A stretch of 55,243 bases of DNA, the filler included, from Stramenopiles sp. TOSAG23-6 (taxonomy: Eukaryota): the NCBI GenBank assembly GCA_900128565.1. It is 2 parts of 2 records of this genome, joined end to end, with 100 filler letters (N's around TTAATTAATTAA, not from the genome) between each part and the next. Parts side by side here need not be neighbours in the genome. Positions count along the whole stretch, not along the records: positions 27,680 to 55,243 come from LT635981.1; 1 more part is not named here. One strand, 5' to 3'. This document shows, one piece after another, positions 43,316-53,752 of the stretch. Within the stretch, counting starts at the first letter, position 1; each line of letters starts with the position of its first letter. Below the pieces are notes generated by a model that saw only the letters and a program-made list of their open reading frames with translations, ran no database searches and was not told where the DNA came from. A program made the position numbers and the translations under genes.

Positions 43316-44468
43316 TGCCAGGTGTATATAGTAGCTACTCATAGCTATAATTATAATGTTGTGTGTAATATTTTGGCAAAGCTTTCAGGTTATCCCAACA
43401 AGTTAATCATATTGCATACTATAGAATGTAAAACTTGAAGACAGTTTGAAGTCTTTTAATTCTTTTGCATCCTGTGCTTTTGCAGCAGGAGTCAATATAT
43501 CAAGTTGTGGTGGCACTCCACCTTCAATTACAATTCCAAAGTTAAAAAATCCTTGTTCAGTTAATGGCAATGTTGGTTTCAGTGCTGTCCACTGTGCATA
43601 CATATTTCTCCATTTAAGACAAGTCCAATTCTCCCATTTTTTAATGTACTTCTGGAAATAATCTGGTGTGTCTCCAAATTTATCCATTTTAACATTTGTT
43701 TTGATTTCTGAAATTAAGGATGAAGTGTTTAATGGCTGCAGTAGTATACTTGGCATATGTCTCATTGGGAAGTGCTTTTACTAACTTCACTAGGTTACCA
43801 AATTCATTCATCTGCTGTTTGTCAACTGCTATTGAAACAAACTGAGTTATTGTTTGTTAGTCAACTGCTATGAGCAGCAGAATCAACAGGCATACCTTCA
43901 ATTGAATATGCCCTTCTCCATTGATCTCCAGAACCAAACTTAATAGGAAACTCATCCATTGCAGATTTTTTTTCTAGAGAGTGTTTGATGTATTCCTCTT
44001 TTAAGGATATCCGCATATCATGTATTTGTGGCTGATTTTGATCTGCTCTTGAAACACACTTAGTTATTGTTGGTTATCATTACACAGCTGCCATAAATGT
44101 CACTGAAATGTCACTGAAATGTCACATTTCAATTCAATTTGCAACAACACCAAACTATACAGGAGTATCCATAGTGGTTACTACCTACCATTGTGGTAAG
44201 CATGATGCCATTGTGGCATCAGTGTATATATCATGAATGATGAAAGTTGTATTGTGTACTTTTTTTTCTGCAGAGAGTATTGCTAGAGTGAGAGACTCTA
44301 AGTAGAGTAAGCTGATGTAAACACATTTATTTGCTACTATTGACTTTTTTTTTGAGAACATCAAGAACAGGTTTGTACAAAAAAAATTTAATGAAACCGT
44401 TTCGTTACTTATTATTTTTGTAGTCTAGTACGAAACAAAAGTGTCAAAATCTTTATTCTTTTAATAAA

Positions 44469-47400
44469 ATGACAGAGCCACCTCCACAAGAAAACAATCT
44501 AGATGTACCACCAGGAGACAATCCCGAAGTGGATGCTCCTTCTGAAGCTATTGGGGAGAATAATGTCTCTCAACAAGAAAATGGACAGGAATTAAACGTT
44601 ACAACTGAAAATGTGGAGGAGGAGGAAGAGGATAAGGTTGAAGTAGTTTCACAAGACAACGAAACAAACCAAAAGGATGAAACACTAAAAGTCGTCACCG
44701 AGCCTGTTGTGAAGCCCCGACGTAAGTTTTCAGTAAGATCGCCACGTAAGAAAGATGAAGACATAGATAAAACAAATCGTCGTAAATTTGTTGTTGTTCG
44801 AAGTGCACGTAAAGGTGAACAAGTCAATACAAATCAAACCTCACCTTCTAAAGGCATTCGAAGAAACAAAAACAGCGGTGAAGTAGTTTCACATACTATC
44901 TTAGGCAAACCCAAACATTTTGAAAACTCTATCCGGTTGCAAAATGGTGATGAAGATACAACTTCAGTAGATATATTAGTGAGTTCGATTAGAAATCGAG
45001 CAGTCGGAGTAAACTTGATGAAAAACCGACTAACTAAAGCTCGCAGTGCACTAAAAGAAGATGATCCTCTTGTTCTTCTCAAACGTGAGCACAAATCACG
45101 GTCCCGTAGACTTTCTAGTTTGAAGAAAATTGCAGATGAGTCCAATGAAAAAGAGCAAAAAAATCATCAGCGAAAGTTAGCAAATATGTTGCCTCATCAT
45201 CGTCTAGCGCACGATCGAGAATCTCGTACTCTCCAAATGTGGAAAGAGCGTCAAAAAGACTGGACAAAGTGGAAAGGCGATACTGCAAAACGAGTAGGAA
45301 AAGACGTTGCAGATCTGGTAGTTTCACGCGCAGAAGATTATCGTGAAATGCTTGAAGAATACGCTCTCGTTCATAAATCAATGCCAACTGCTGAAAAACA
45401 GGGTTCAGATTTTTGGATGATGAGTTTACGAGGTGATGGTACACGCTATGTACCAGTAGGAAATATTTTCTCTGGTTTATTTTGTCCAATAAAAGATGAC
45501 AATGCGAATGTACCAATTATTATTCGACGTCCAGGGATGAAGCAGTCTTCGGCATCTTGGCGTGACTCTCATCAGCTTCAGCGTCGAAAACGACAGGTAG
45601 CTAAAAAAATGCAAACATTGAGACCTCATGCTGTTGAACAGAGCCACGCGGATGGTCTTATTGTATCAGGTTGTAATCTCTTTGATTGGGCATTAAACTC
45701 TACATCTACATTCTATGAAAATGCTGCTGTAGAACAGGCTTCGACAAGGGAAAGTTCTTTATATGTAGATCTTGATGGTGATGGAATCGATGATGTTACT
45801 GGCGAAACAATCCCTTCTGATTATTTAGAAGGACCACAATTGTGTCTTCGTATCATCGGTGAAAATGGAAAAGTGTGTAGTCAACATAGCACAAGCGATC
45901 CTAAATCATTACTAAATATCATTCTAGAAACAACTATTAATGAGTCAGTAGTGTCCAACATACAAGTAGAAAATACTGGAAGCTGTGCTCTATACTATGA
46001 ATGGGGGAAAGATTACGAAAATAATGCTGAAAGCAATTTAATTCCAAATGAGCAAGAGCATGTATTTTCGTGTGCTATGCGTAAGGGTGTTATTTTACCA
46101 GGTCAAACACAAGATACGGCGATTGTTTTTGCAACAACAAAAGCGGGAATATTTAGGGATTCATGGAAATTCATTACAAATCCCAATGCAAACAGTCTTA
46201 GTAAGGTAAAATTCTCTTTCACAGGTATTGCAAAGGATATTGATAAATCAGAAATACATAAACGTCTTGGAGAAGTTGTGAATAAACGCATATCTCAATC
46301 AAGCTCAAATCAAATGGATGATTCTCTTCTAAGTCGTGTTCAAACTCCTAAATCATTAGACATTGTGGGTAGTGAAAAGAGTATTTTGCATCGAGATATC
46401 TTTGAAGCTCACAATCCTGGTCTGCATTATCTTCCTCGTTACTATGCTAAATTTGAGGCATATGCCTTGAAATTGTTTTCAATTTTGAGAGTGCAGCGTA
46501 AACATGCTGAATGGGATGGATCTGTTGATACCCTGCGTGACTTACTGAATACTCTTGAGAAAAATAAAAAGATTGATGCAGCATATATTGAGATGATGCG
46601 AAGTGATGTCGAAACATTGGTACTTTGCGCATCAAAAAGACCTGCTGATTTACCTTCATTTTATCCTATGAAGCAGAAAATAGCTGAGATTGATGATACA
46701 GATGTTGCTGAAGATGGTGTAGAAGACGAAGAAGAAGACGAAGATGATGTAGAAGACGAAGCCGAAGCCGAAGATGACGCAGAAGGCAAAGCTGATGATG
46801 CTGTAGAAGGCGAAGCTGATGATGTAGAAGTTAAAGATGAAGATAATGTAGAAAGTGGAGAAAATGAAGAAAAGGAGGCAGAATGTGAAGTTGATGGTGA
46901 AGACGCTGTAGCATCTGAAAATGATAAAAATGATGAAAATCAGAATACGGATACAATTGCTCCTAATATCACGGACGAGATACAACAAAAACAGTTTAGC
47001 CCAGAAGTAACAATTGTGTCCCATGGCTCTATACTCAAGAAGAGGACGATAAATCAGCTTACTCCTGATGAAGTTAATGGGAAGAATGTATTAATTCGAA
47101 CTGACCTTAATGTAAAGTTTGAAGATGATGACGGCATCGCCCCGGAAGCACAAGGGAAAATTAGCAGAGCATGTAGAAGTGTAAAGACCGCATTGTCTCT
47201 AGGAGCAGCAAGAGTTTTACTTCTTACACATTTAGATCATTTGGGAAAAGCTGTTTCAGCCGCTTGTTTGAAAGATCCACTCGAAGATGAACTTGAGGAT
47301 GACGTTACCTTTATTAGCAATTCTGAAGATATTGTGTCATCTCTTGTAGATGATGACGAAGGAGNGATATATCTCCTAGAAAATATACAATTTCGTCCCG

Positions 47401-48860
47401 AAGATTGGAGATTATCACCAGAAGCAGTTCATGGAAGACCTGGACAAGACGAAAATCTTGCGCTACAAGATGTTGCTGGTACATATTCTGCAGTTGACTC
47501 TAGTGAAGAAGATGGAAACTGGTCTGTATTTTCTTACGGGCTGGCAATATCCCCCTCAGGTGAAAAAACAAAAGTTCGTAGAGCTAGTCGTGATCAACTT
47601 GTTCTTGACGGTGGTGGGGGCGTATTAAAACTTACATTGGGAAGACGAAATGTAGTCACGTCATTCAGGTGGTCCTCGAACGATGTTGTATATGAACACA
47701 CATCTAAAACTCCGGCTGCTATAAAATTGAAACATCCTTCATATATAGTAGAACCTGAGGAAGGCGAACCAATTTTATTAGATGAAGACTCTTTACCTCC
47801 AATACCAACACTGAAAGAAGCTAAGTTATTGGAGGAAGAATTATCCTCTATTTGTGATGTCTTTATCAACGATGCTTTATCTATCTGCGGTGGGACATCT
47901 ATCTCGTCTGTGATTCAACCTCAATCAAAAGGTCCTTGTGTGGCTGGTCATAGTATGGTACTTGAATTGAAACATGTTGCTGCACTTTTGGAGAAACCAC
48001 GCGCACCACTGGTAGTTGTAGCTGGTGGTGAAGCCACACAGCAACGCGTACATATGGTTCGTGGATTACTTGCATCGGCATCGCATGTACTTTTTGGTGG
48101 ACAATTTGGTCTTGCGCTTCTCTTAGCCCAAAACTCGAGTAATGATGGATGTATAGGTGCAACAAAAGTAGATCATTCGAAGTCACATATTGCAATGAAG
48201 CATCTTTTGCTTGATGCTCGGCGACGTGGTGTAAGATTGTTGCTTCCTACCGATTTTGTTACTGGAGATGTTGAGACTAAATCATCTAAGGAAGCTATTG
48301 TATATGAAGGCGACACCGATGAAGTTTCATTCAGTGATATCGATGAAAATAGCTTTATATTAGATATTGGTCCCAACACAACAGAATTATATACATCTAT
48401 TATTCAATCAGCAGAATGTGTAGTTATTGTTGGAGGTTTAGGTGAATTACAGTATGATGATGCTGGCCGATGTGGAACAACTGCAATACTTGACGCAGTA
48501 TCTACTCTTACAGCTGCTGGGAAACCAACACTTGTAGCTGGGTGGGATATGGTAAATTTTGTGATAGATACAGGTTTGGAGGAGTCTTTGTCCTGTGTTA
48601 GTGATGCAGGATCTGCTATGATTAAACTGCTATCTGGACAATCTTTACCAGGTTTGACAGCAATACCAGAAATTTTAGAAGGCGAAGAATCAAATGCATT
48701 TGATTTCGCGACATCTGCACAGGATGGAATTGACGTGGGTGATGAAATTGGAGTAGAAACACAGGAAGAAGAAAATAATGTTAATGAAGGAGAAGATAAT
48801 GATAATGGGAAAGAAAATAATGTGAATGAAGAAGAAGAAAATGTTGATGTGAAAGAATAA
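44469..48860 (+). CDS. MYCBP-associated-protein-like (flagellar) region fused to a degenerate phosphoglycerate kinase domain
   Basis: VENTGSCALYYEW...GVILPGQ...AGIFRDSWKFITNP is MYCBPAP-like. PGK-fold motifs GKNVLIRTDLNV, LLENIQF, DVFINDA, LLLPTDFV and ILDIGPNT follow an acidic linker. Confidence 0.8.
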   Translation: MTEPPPQENNLDVPPGDNPEVDAPSEAIGENNVSQQENGQELNVTTENVEEEEEDKVEVVSQDNETNQKDETLKVVTEPVVKPRRKFSVRSPRKKDEDIDKTNRRKFVVVRSARKGEQVNTNQTSPSKGIRRNKNSGEVVSHTILGKPKHFENSIRLQNGDEDTTSVDILVSSIRNRAVGVNLMKNRLTKARSALKEDDPLVLLKREHKSRSRRLSSLKKIADESNEKEQKNHQRKLANMLPHHRLAHDRESRTLQMWKERQKDWTKWKGDTAKRVGKDVADLVVSRAEDYREMLEEYALVHKSMPTAEKQGSDFWMMSLRGDGTRYVPVGNIFSGLFCPIKDDNANVPIIIRRPGMKQSSASWRDSHQLQRRKRQVAKKMQTLRPHAVEQSHADGLIVSGCNLFDWALNSTSTFYENAAVEQASTRESSLYVDLDGDGIDDVTGETIPSDYLEGPQLCLRIIGENGKVCSQHSTSDPKSLLNIILETTINESVVSNIQVENTGSCALYYEWGKDYENNAESNLIPNEQEHVFSCAMRKGVILPGQTQDTAIVFATTKAGIFRDSWKFITNPNANSLSKVKFSFTGIAKDIDKSEIHKRLGEVVNKRISQSSSNQMDDSLLSRVQTPKSLDIVGSEKSILHRDIFEAHNPGLHYLPRYYAKFEAYALKLFSILRVQRKHAEWDGSVDTLRDLLNTLEKNKKIDAAYIEMMRSDVETLVLCASKRPADLPSFYPMKQKIAEIDDTDVAEDGVEDEEEDEDDVEDEAEAEDDAEGKADDAVEGEADDVEVKDEDNVESGENEEKEAECEVDGEDAVASENDKNDENQNTDTIAPNITDEIQQKQFSPEVTIVSHGSILKKRTINQLTPDEVNGKNVLIRTDLNVKFEDDDGIAPEAQGKISRACRSVKTALSLGAARVLLLTHLDHLGKAVSAACLKDPLEDELEDDVTFISNSEDIVSSLVDDDEGXIYLLENIQFRPEDWRLSPEAVHGRPGQDENLALQDVAGTYSAVDSSEEDGNWSVFSYGLAISPSGEKTKVRRASRDQLVLDGGGGVLKLTLGRRNVVTSFRWSSNDVVYEHTSKTPAAIKLKHPSYIVEPEEGEPILLDEDSLPPIPTLKEAKLLEEELSSICDVFINDALSICGGTSISSVIQPQSKGPCVAGHSMVLELKHVAALLEKPRAPLVVVAGGEATQQRVHMVRGLLASASHVLFGGQFGLALLLAQNSSNDGCIGATKVDHSKSHIAMKHLLLDARRRGVRLLLPTDFVTGDVETKSSKEAIVYEGDTDEVSFSDIDENSFILDIGPNTTELYTSIIQSAECVVIVGGLGELQYDDAGRCGTTAILDAVSTLTAAGKPTLVAGWDMVNFVIDTGLEESLSCVSDAGSAMIKLLSGQSLPGLTAIPEILEGEESNAFDFATSAQDGIDVGDEIGVETQEEENNVNEGEDNDNGKENNVNEEEENVDVKE

Positions 48861-48958
48861 TAAACACGCATCATTATTATGTATATATTAGTAAATATAA
48901 CTTATTAAGTTTGTTTGTTTAGTTACAAAGAGTTTTATTGATGATATCGCATCACATT

Positions 48959-51118
48959 TTAAACCACTGCAGGACTCAATAAGACAAATGGCAGTGGTGA
49001 TTCTTTATTGAATTTAAAGCCCAAATCAGACATCCATCGAGGTGTATTTCCATCGCAACCAATTTCAAGAATTGAAAGTAAGGGACTTGATAATATTTGC
49101 GGTCGCGATTTTGAGGATTCATGGAAGTCATTAACATCAGTATTGCTAGTATCAATACACATCTTATTGGGTTTACCATTTTCATTTACCCGATGTTTTG
49201 CTTTTGCAATGATGTCGTCTTTTAGCATAAAACGTTCTTCTACAGAAAATTCACCTCTTTTAAAACTTTTAGAAACGTGTATTAGCTGTTTTGCAAGAGG
49301 AGTAAGCTGAGAAAAGTTTCGTGATAAAGGACTCATCATTTTGCGTTTCGATGCTGCACGTCTTGGAGAGACACTGATCCCTTCACCAATTATACATAAT
49401 GTATCACTCGTATTTTGTTGTCTCCCAGAAATTTCGTCTGATAATTGTTGAACAAGTCCCACTTTAGCATTTTGCCTCTCTATATCACTCATCCAATGTC
49501 CTCCAGAATATCTACGCGATACTTCTATTAGTCGAGATGCAGTTGGACTCAAAAATTCGGCGTTGAAATGATTTTTGACATCATTAATTTGTCCTTTATG
49601 ATGTGTACTATTATGTGTACTGACTCTAAGTGAAGCGTAAGGATTTACATCTATTATTTGAAGATCATCAAAGTTATTAAAGCCAACAGCATTATGAAAA
49701 GGATTAACAAAACTGTGCTTTGACTTACCTTTCTTTGAAGTTATTCTGGATTGTAGTTTTCGATTCGCTTTCAATATTTTCTTTTTGGCCCTTAATTCAG
49801 CTTTTTTCTTTTTTTTTAATTTAGCTAATTCTATTTTTTTTCGCTTCAAATCTTCTTTGGCTTGTAACTGTAGCGCAATAGCCTTTTGAACAGCTGTATC
49901 TTTATCGTCTTTTGTCATTTGAAACATTGCAAACATTTGCTGTCTTTTTACTTCACTTTCAATAAATGAATTTGTAATTTGTAATACATCTGTATCATTA
50001 TGAATATTTTCAATAGTCATTTCATTTTTTTCATGAGGCAAGTCTCTTTTCCAAGCACTGGTATCATTCCTCAAAATAGTGTGGTCTCGATTCGTTGCCA
50101 TCTCTCCATTGATATCAAATACACAATCAATCTTTTGCTCTAATATACCTGATTTATATGATTTATTTCCATTTGTAGATATATGGGCAGTATCATGTCT
50201 TGCTGCATTGCCACGGCGACCTTGTCCAAATGGAAGAGCAGCATGTACTGCTGCCGAGTTAAGGGTTCTACTTGATACTGCCGCAGCCATCCGAGGAGTG
50301 ATTGATGCCTTTGAGTTACAATGGTGTGGCAGTCTTGAATTGTAAGATCTCGGCGGAACTCTAGGAAGTTCTTCTCCGTTGCCACCGAGAGAGCCATATA
50401 TAGCTCGAAGAAGATTATTTTCACGCGGTGAAATTGATAACGGTACTGGAGTGCCTGGTGCTTCAGGTTGTGTATCTTTGTTTGAACAAACTTTCGTTGA
50501 AACATATAATTCCTGTAAACGTCCTGCTACATTATTATCATTTGATTCTTCCTCATGAGCTGTAGCCTTTTCATCGCGAAGCATTTTAGACCACTGACGG
50601 TGCATTAAAGAATTCCATTGGTTTTTAACTGTATTTTCAGACCTCCCTGGAATTTGCTTTGCTATTTTTGCCCAGCTATTACCAAATTCGTGCTGTGCTG
50701 ACACAAGAATTTGCAACTCCTTTGCTGACCACGGGCCTTTCTTTAGGGTAGGGTCTAAATGATTTAACCATCGCTCCCGGCATTGTTTTCCTTTTCGCCC
50801 AGGCACGTATTCAGCTATATTTGACCATTTTTTACTTCCGAAACGCCCAACAAGTAAAATGAGCAAAGCATCTTCATCTTCACTCCAAGGACCTTTTACT
50901 GGTTGATTCATTAATGCAGAATTCCATCTATACCTACAGTCCTTTGCAGTGCGTTTATATTCAGTCATTTCATTTGCGATTTTCGACCAATTAATAGCCC
51001 CCGTCTCGATTGTACATACTGGATTATTAGAACGTGCATATTGAATAATTTCACCACGTAACACTTCATCTTCTTCCTCCGTAAAGTCGCGATATCCTCT
51101 TGGTAAAGCATCTTTCAT
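48959..51118 (-). CDS. Myb transcription factor with three Myb repeats
   Basis: NWSKIA...KDCRYRW; KGPWSEDED...KQCRERWLNHLDP; KGPWSAKE...GRSENTVKNQWN. Confidence 0.93.
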   Translation of the reverse strand: MKDALPRGYRDFTEEEDEVLRGEIIQYARSNNPVCTIETGAINWSKIANEMTEYKRTAKDCRYRWNSALMNQPVKGPWSEDEDALLILLVGRFGSKKWSNIAEYVPGRKGKQCRERWLNHLDPTLKKGPWSAKELQILVSAQHEFGNSWAKIAKQIPGRSENTVKNQWNSLMHRQWSKMLRDEKATAHEEESNDNNVAGRLQELYVSTKVCSNKDTQPEAPGTPVPLSISPRENNLLRAIYGSLGGNGEELPRVPPRSYNSRLPHHCNSKASITPRMAAAVSSRTLNSAAVHAALPFGQGRRGNAARHDTAHISTNGNKSYKSGILEQKIDCVFDINGEMATNRDHTILRNDTSAWKRDLPHEKNEMTIENIHNDTDVLQITNSFIESEVKRQQMFAMFQMTKDDKDTAVQKAIALQLQAKEDLKRKKIELAKLKKKKKAELRAKKKILKANRKLQSRITSKKGKSKHSFVNPFHNAVGFNNFDDLQIIDVNPYASLRVSTHNSTHHKGQINDVKNHFNAEFLSPTASRLIEVSRRYSGGHWMSDIERQNAKVGLVQQLSDEISGRQQNTSDTLCIIGEGISVSPRRAASKRKMMSPLSRNFSQLTPLAKQLIHVSKSFKRGEFSVEERFMLKDDIIAKAKHRVNENGKPNKMCIDTSNTDVNDFHESSKSRPQILSSPLLSILEIGCDGNTPRWMSDLGFKFNKESPLPFVLLSPAVV

Positions 51119-51360
51119 GGTAACTTTATTTGAAAAACGTATGATATTACTACGAAGATTCTTCTAAGATCTTGCGTCATCTTGCGTTTGACCAGCGGTT
51201 ACTACATTTTTGAAAAACACAAACCTGCTCGACGATGACGGAGTAAAATTATTATTTTTCATTGCGATTGCATTCGTATTCTATTATGAATATCTTGTAG
51301 TAGTTCAAGACAAGTTCTAAAAATATAGCTAATTTAGAGTGATATATTTAATATTTTAGC

Positions 51361-52536
51361 ATGAAAATTAAATTGCTATTTGCATGTCTCTCTATTTTAT
51401 GTCAACGTATAATATCAAAGTCAAACTCAACAATTTTGGACGCTTCTATAGATAAAGTGAAGGGGGAAAATACTTTTTTTAATAAGTGGAACAACCTTGA
51501 AGAATTACAAACCTTTTATGATTCTTTGGCACGTCGTTCTCCGGATATTCTCAAGAAGCAAGAAATTGGTAAAACAGTAAACGGGAATAAAATATTTGGA
51601 TATCGATTAAACTACGATAAAGACGATAATGTAGTACCAAAACCCAAAATTTATATTCAAGGTCTTGCACACGCGCGAGAGTGGATTACTGGTAGTGCTG
51701 TTGCATATATTATAGCAAGTTTTGTGGAAGCGGCAAAGGTTGTTAAGGAAAACGCAAAAATTGAAATGGGAAATTCAACCACTATACCAACTGAGGAAGT
51801 GAGTGATCACATGAGAAGAATTATTGAACTAATTCCCAAAATTGAGATAGTAGCTGTTCCTATAGTAAACCCTGATGGCTATTCATTCTCATGGACTCCG
51901 AAGCACAGAAGATGGAGAAAAAATAGAAATGGTTCTGGAGTTGACCTAAACCGCAATTATGATGTTCATTATAATCAAGAAACTAATAAAGAAATGCTTC
52001 AAAGACTGAAAGATAAAAACTCAGATAATTTCTCTGGTAATTCCGCCTTTTCTGAAGCAGAGACAAAAGCTATTCGCGATTTTATCACAAGTATAGCTCA
52101 AAATACAAAAGAAGAAAAAAATTCGTTTATTTTAGGCATAGATTTTCATAGCTATGGTTCCAAAGTACTTCGCCCTTATGGTTTTCAGAGTGCAGATAAA
52201 GGCACTCCATCTGATGAAAAAAAGTTAAAAATCCTTGGGGATAAAGCTGCTGAGGCCATGACAAAAATTCATGATCATAAATATGAGTCAGAACATGCTG
52301 CAGAAAATATTAGATTTGAAGGCACTGGTGGTGCTGATGATTGGTTGATTGAAAAAGCAGGTATGGATTCTTTTACGATTGAACTTCGGGGCACTTCTTT
52401 TGAACTTCCGACCGAAAGCATAAAGCTTGCAGTTGATGAAGCTCTTGAAGGATTACTTACAATGGCAAAACTAGCGCTTAGTATACAATCAGTTGGTATG
52501 AACAGAAATATGTACCATACATCTAGTGATAAATGA
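51361..52536 (+). CDS. Secreted M14 zinc carboxypeptidase
   Basis: Signal peptide; HAREW, NPDGY, RWRKNR, GVDLNRNY, DFHSYG and FTIELR. Confidence 0.95.
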   Translation: MKIKLLFACLSILCQRIISKSNSTILDASIDKVKGENTFFNKWNNLEELQTFYDSLARRSPDILKKQEIGKTVNGNKIFGYRLNYDKDDNVVPKPKIYIQGLAHAREWITGSAVAYIIASFVEAAKVVKENAKIEMGNSTTIPTEEVSDHMRRIIELIPKIEIVAVPIVNPDGYSFSWTPKHRRWRKNRNGSGVDLNRNYDVHYNQETNKEMLQRLKDKNSDNFSGNSAFSEAETKAIRDFITSIAQNTKEEKNSFILGIDFHSYGSKVLRPYGFQSADKGTPSDEKKLKILGDKAAEAMTKIHDHKYESEHAAENIRFEGTGGADDWLIEKAGMDSFTIELRGTSFELPTESIKLAVDEALEGLLTMAKLALSIQSVGMNRNMYHTSSDK

Positions 52537-52693
52537 TGGAAATATTTCATTTCAGGGATAGCAATTAGCACGTAAATAAACTAAATTATAAATAGGGAAA
52601 AATAATTTGTTTAAAACTTGAATTTATTTGTTTCCCTTGAGTAATAACAGCCTAGCAATGTACAACGCTTCAACGGCTTCATTAATCACTTTA

Positions 52694-53383
52694 TCAATCA
52701 CTCTGCGGAAACGCTTCAACGGCTTGATTAATCACTTCATTCCTCACTTTGTGGAAATCAAGTCTACTAGCCTCACGTTTCAAATAATCGTAACTTTCGC
52801 GGGAAAGCTTACTAGCCTCTTTTAAAATATTGATATACTTAAAAGTGAGATGCTCTATATCCCCAATGTGATCCTCATATAAAAATTGCGAAAACGGGTC
52901 AGAACCAAACAATTTTGAAATTTCCGGTCGCCTTGTACGAAAAAAATGAAATCGTACTTTTATAAATTCAAAACGTTCACGAAGATCCTGCATTTTTCCC
53001 TGTAAATTCTTCACTTGCCTATCTAATAAAGGTTCTACTTTCAGAGTGGGAGACTCATCCTTCAGACTGCTAGACTCATCCGTTGTAGAATATAGTTCAC
53101 GAAGTTCTCTGTCTTCTATGGTTCCTTCGGAAGACTCATAAGATAAAGGTTGTGTGGGAAGTTTGTAACGAGCGTTTTGGATACGTTCTCGAGTTTCTTG
53201 CGGTGTTTCAAAAGGACCTGTGCTAGTATATTGAAGTTCACTTCTCCCACTAGTAGTCGGATGATGATGTTGTTCGTCTAGAGGTTTTGGAGCTTTTTGT
53301 AGTCGTGGGATAGCTCCAGTAGAAATTTGAGCTATCAGAAAGAAAGCTAAAGCAATATAGCTGTAATGTGAGAATCTCTTCAT
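52694..53383 (-). CDS. Hypothetical secreted protein
   Basis: Signal-like N-terminus MKRFSHYSYIALAFFLIAQISTG; helical C-terminal half; no family recognised. Confidence 0.65.
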   Translation of the reverse strand: MKRFSHYSYIALAFFLIAQISTGAIPRLQKAPKPLDEQHHHPTTSGRSELQYTSTGPFETPQETRERIQNARYKLPTQPLSYESSEGTIEDRELRELYSTTDESSSLKDESPTLKVEPLLDRQVKNLQGKMQDLRERFEFIKVRFHFFRTRRPEISKLFGSDPFSQFLYEDHIGDIEHLTFKYINILKEASKLSRESYDYLKREASRLDFHKVRNEVINQAVEAFPQSD

Positions 53384-53752
53384 TTCTGTAAGAAGTTGCA
53401 AGTCTCAACAAGCTTCAAATAATTCACCAAGAAGTACCGTACTCTTCTTTTTAAAGTTTGTTTTTTGAGTTCCTTGCACTGACTTTCAATGACTTTCAAC
53501 TGTCCTGTTTGTTGGATTTTTCGTGTTTGTTTGAAATCGATGGATTGACACGGTCATATCACGCGATGACACACGATGACACATAAGAAAGTCTTCTTCT
53601 TCTCCACAAGTTGCGACTCATTGTCGCATTTTTGATTGGTTTATACGACCACTGTGTTGAGTGGATCGTATATTTCTATTTACGTGGATACATTGCCTGG
53701 TATAGTTATAATACTGTACGCGTAGTATTTGGATTGTAGGTGTAGTACAATC

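Larger units (their letters stand above)
41300..44350 (-). pseudogene. CpG-depleted decayed island with fragmented ORFs and internal repeats (relic of an unidentified element or gene family)
   Basis: Only a handful of CG dinucleotides in ~3 kb, against abundant CG in flanking genes. Short broken minus-strand ORFs; repeat copies differ by TG/CA swaps. Confidence 0.7.
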
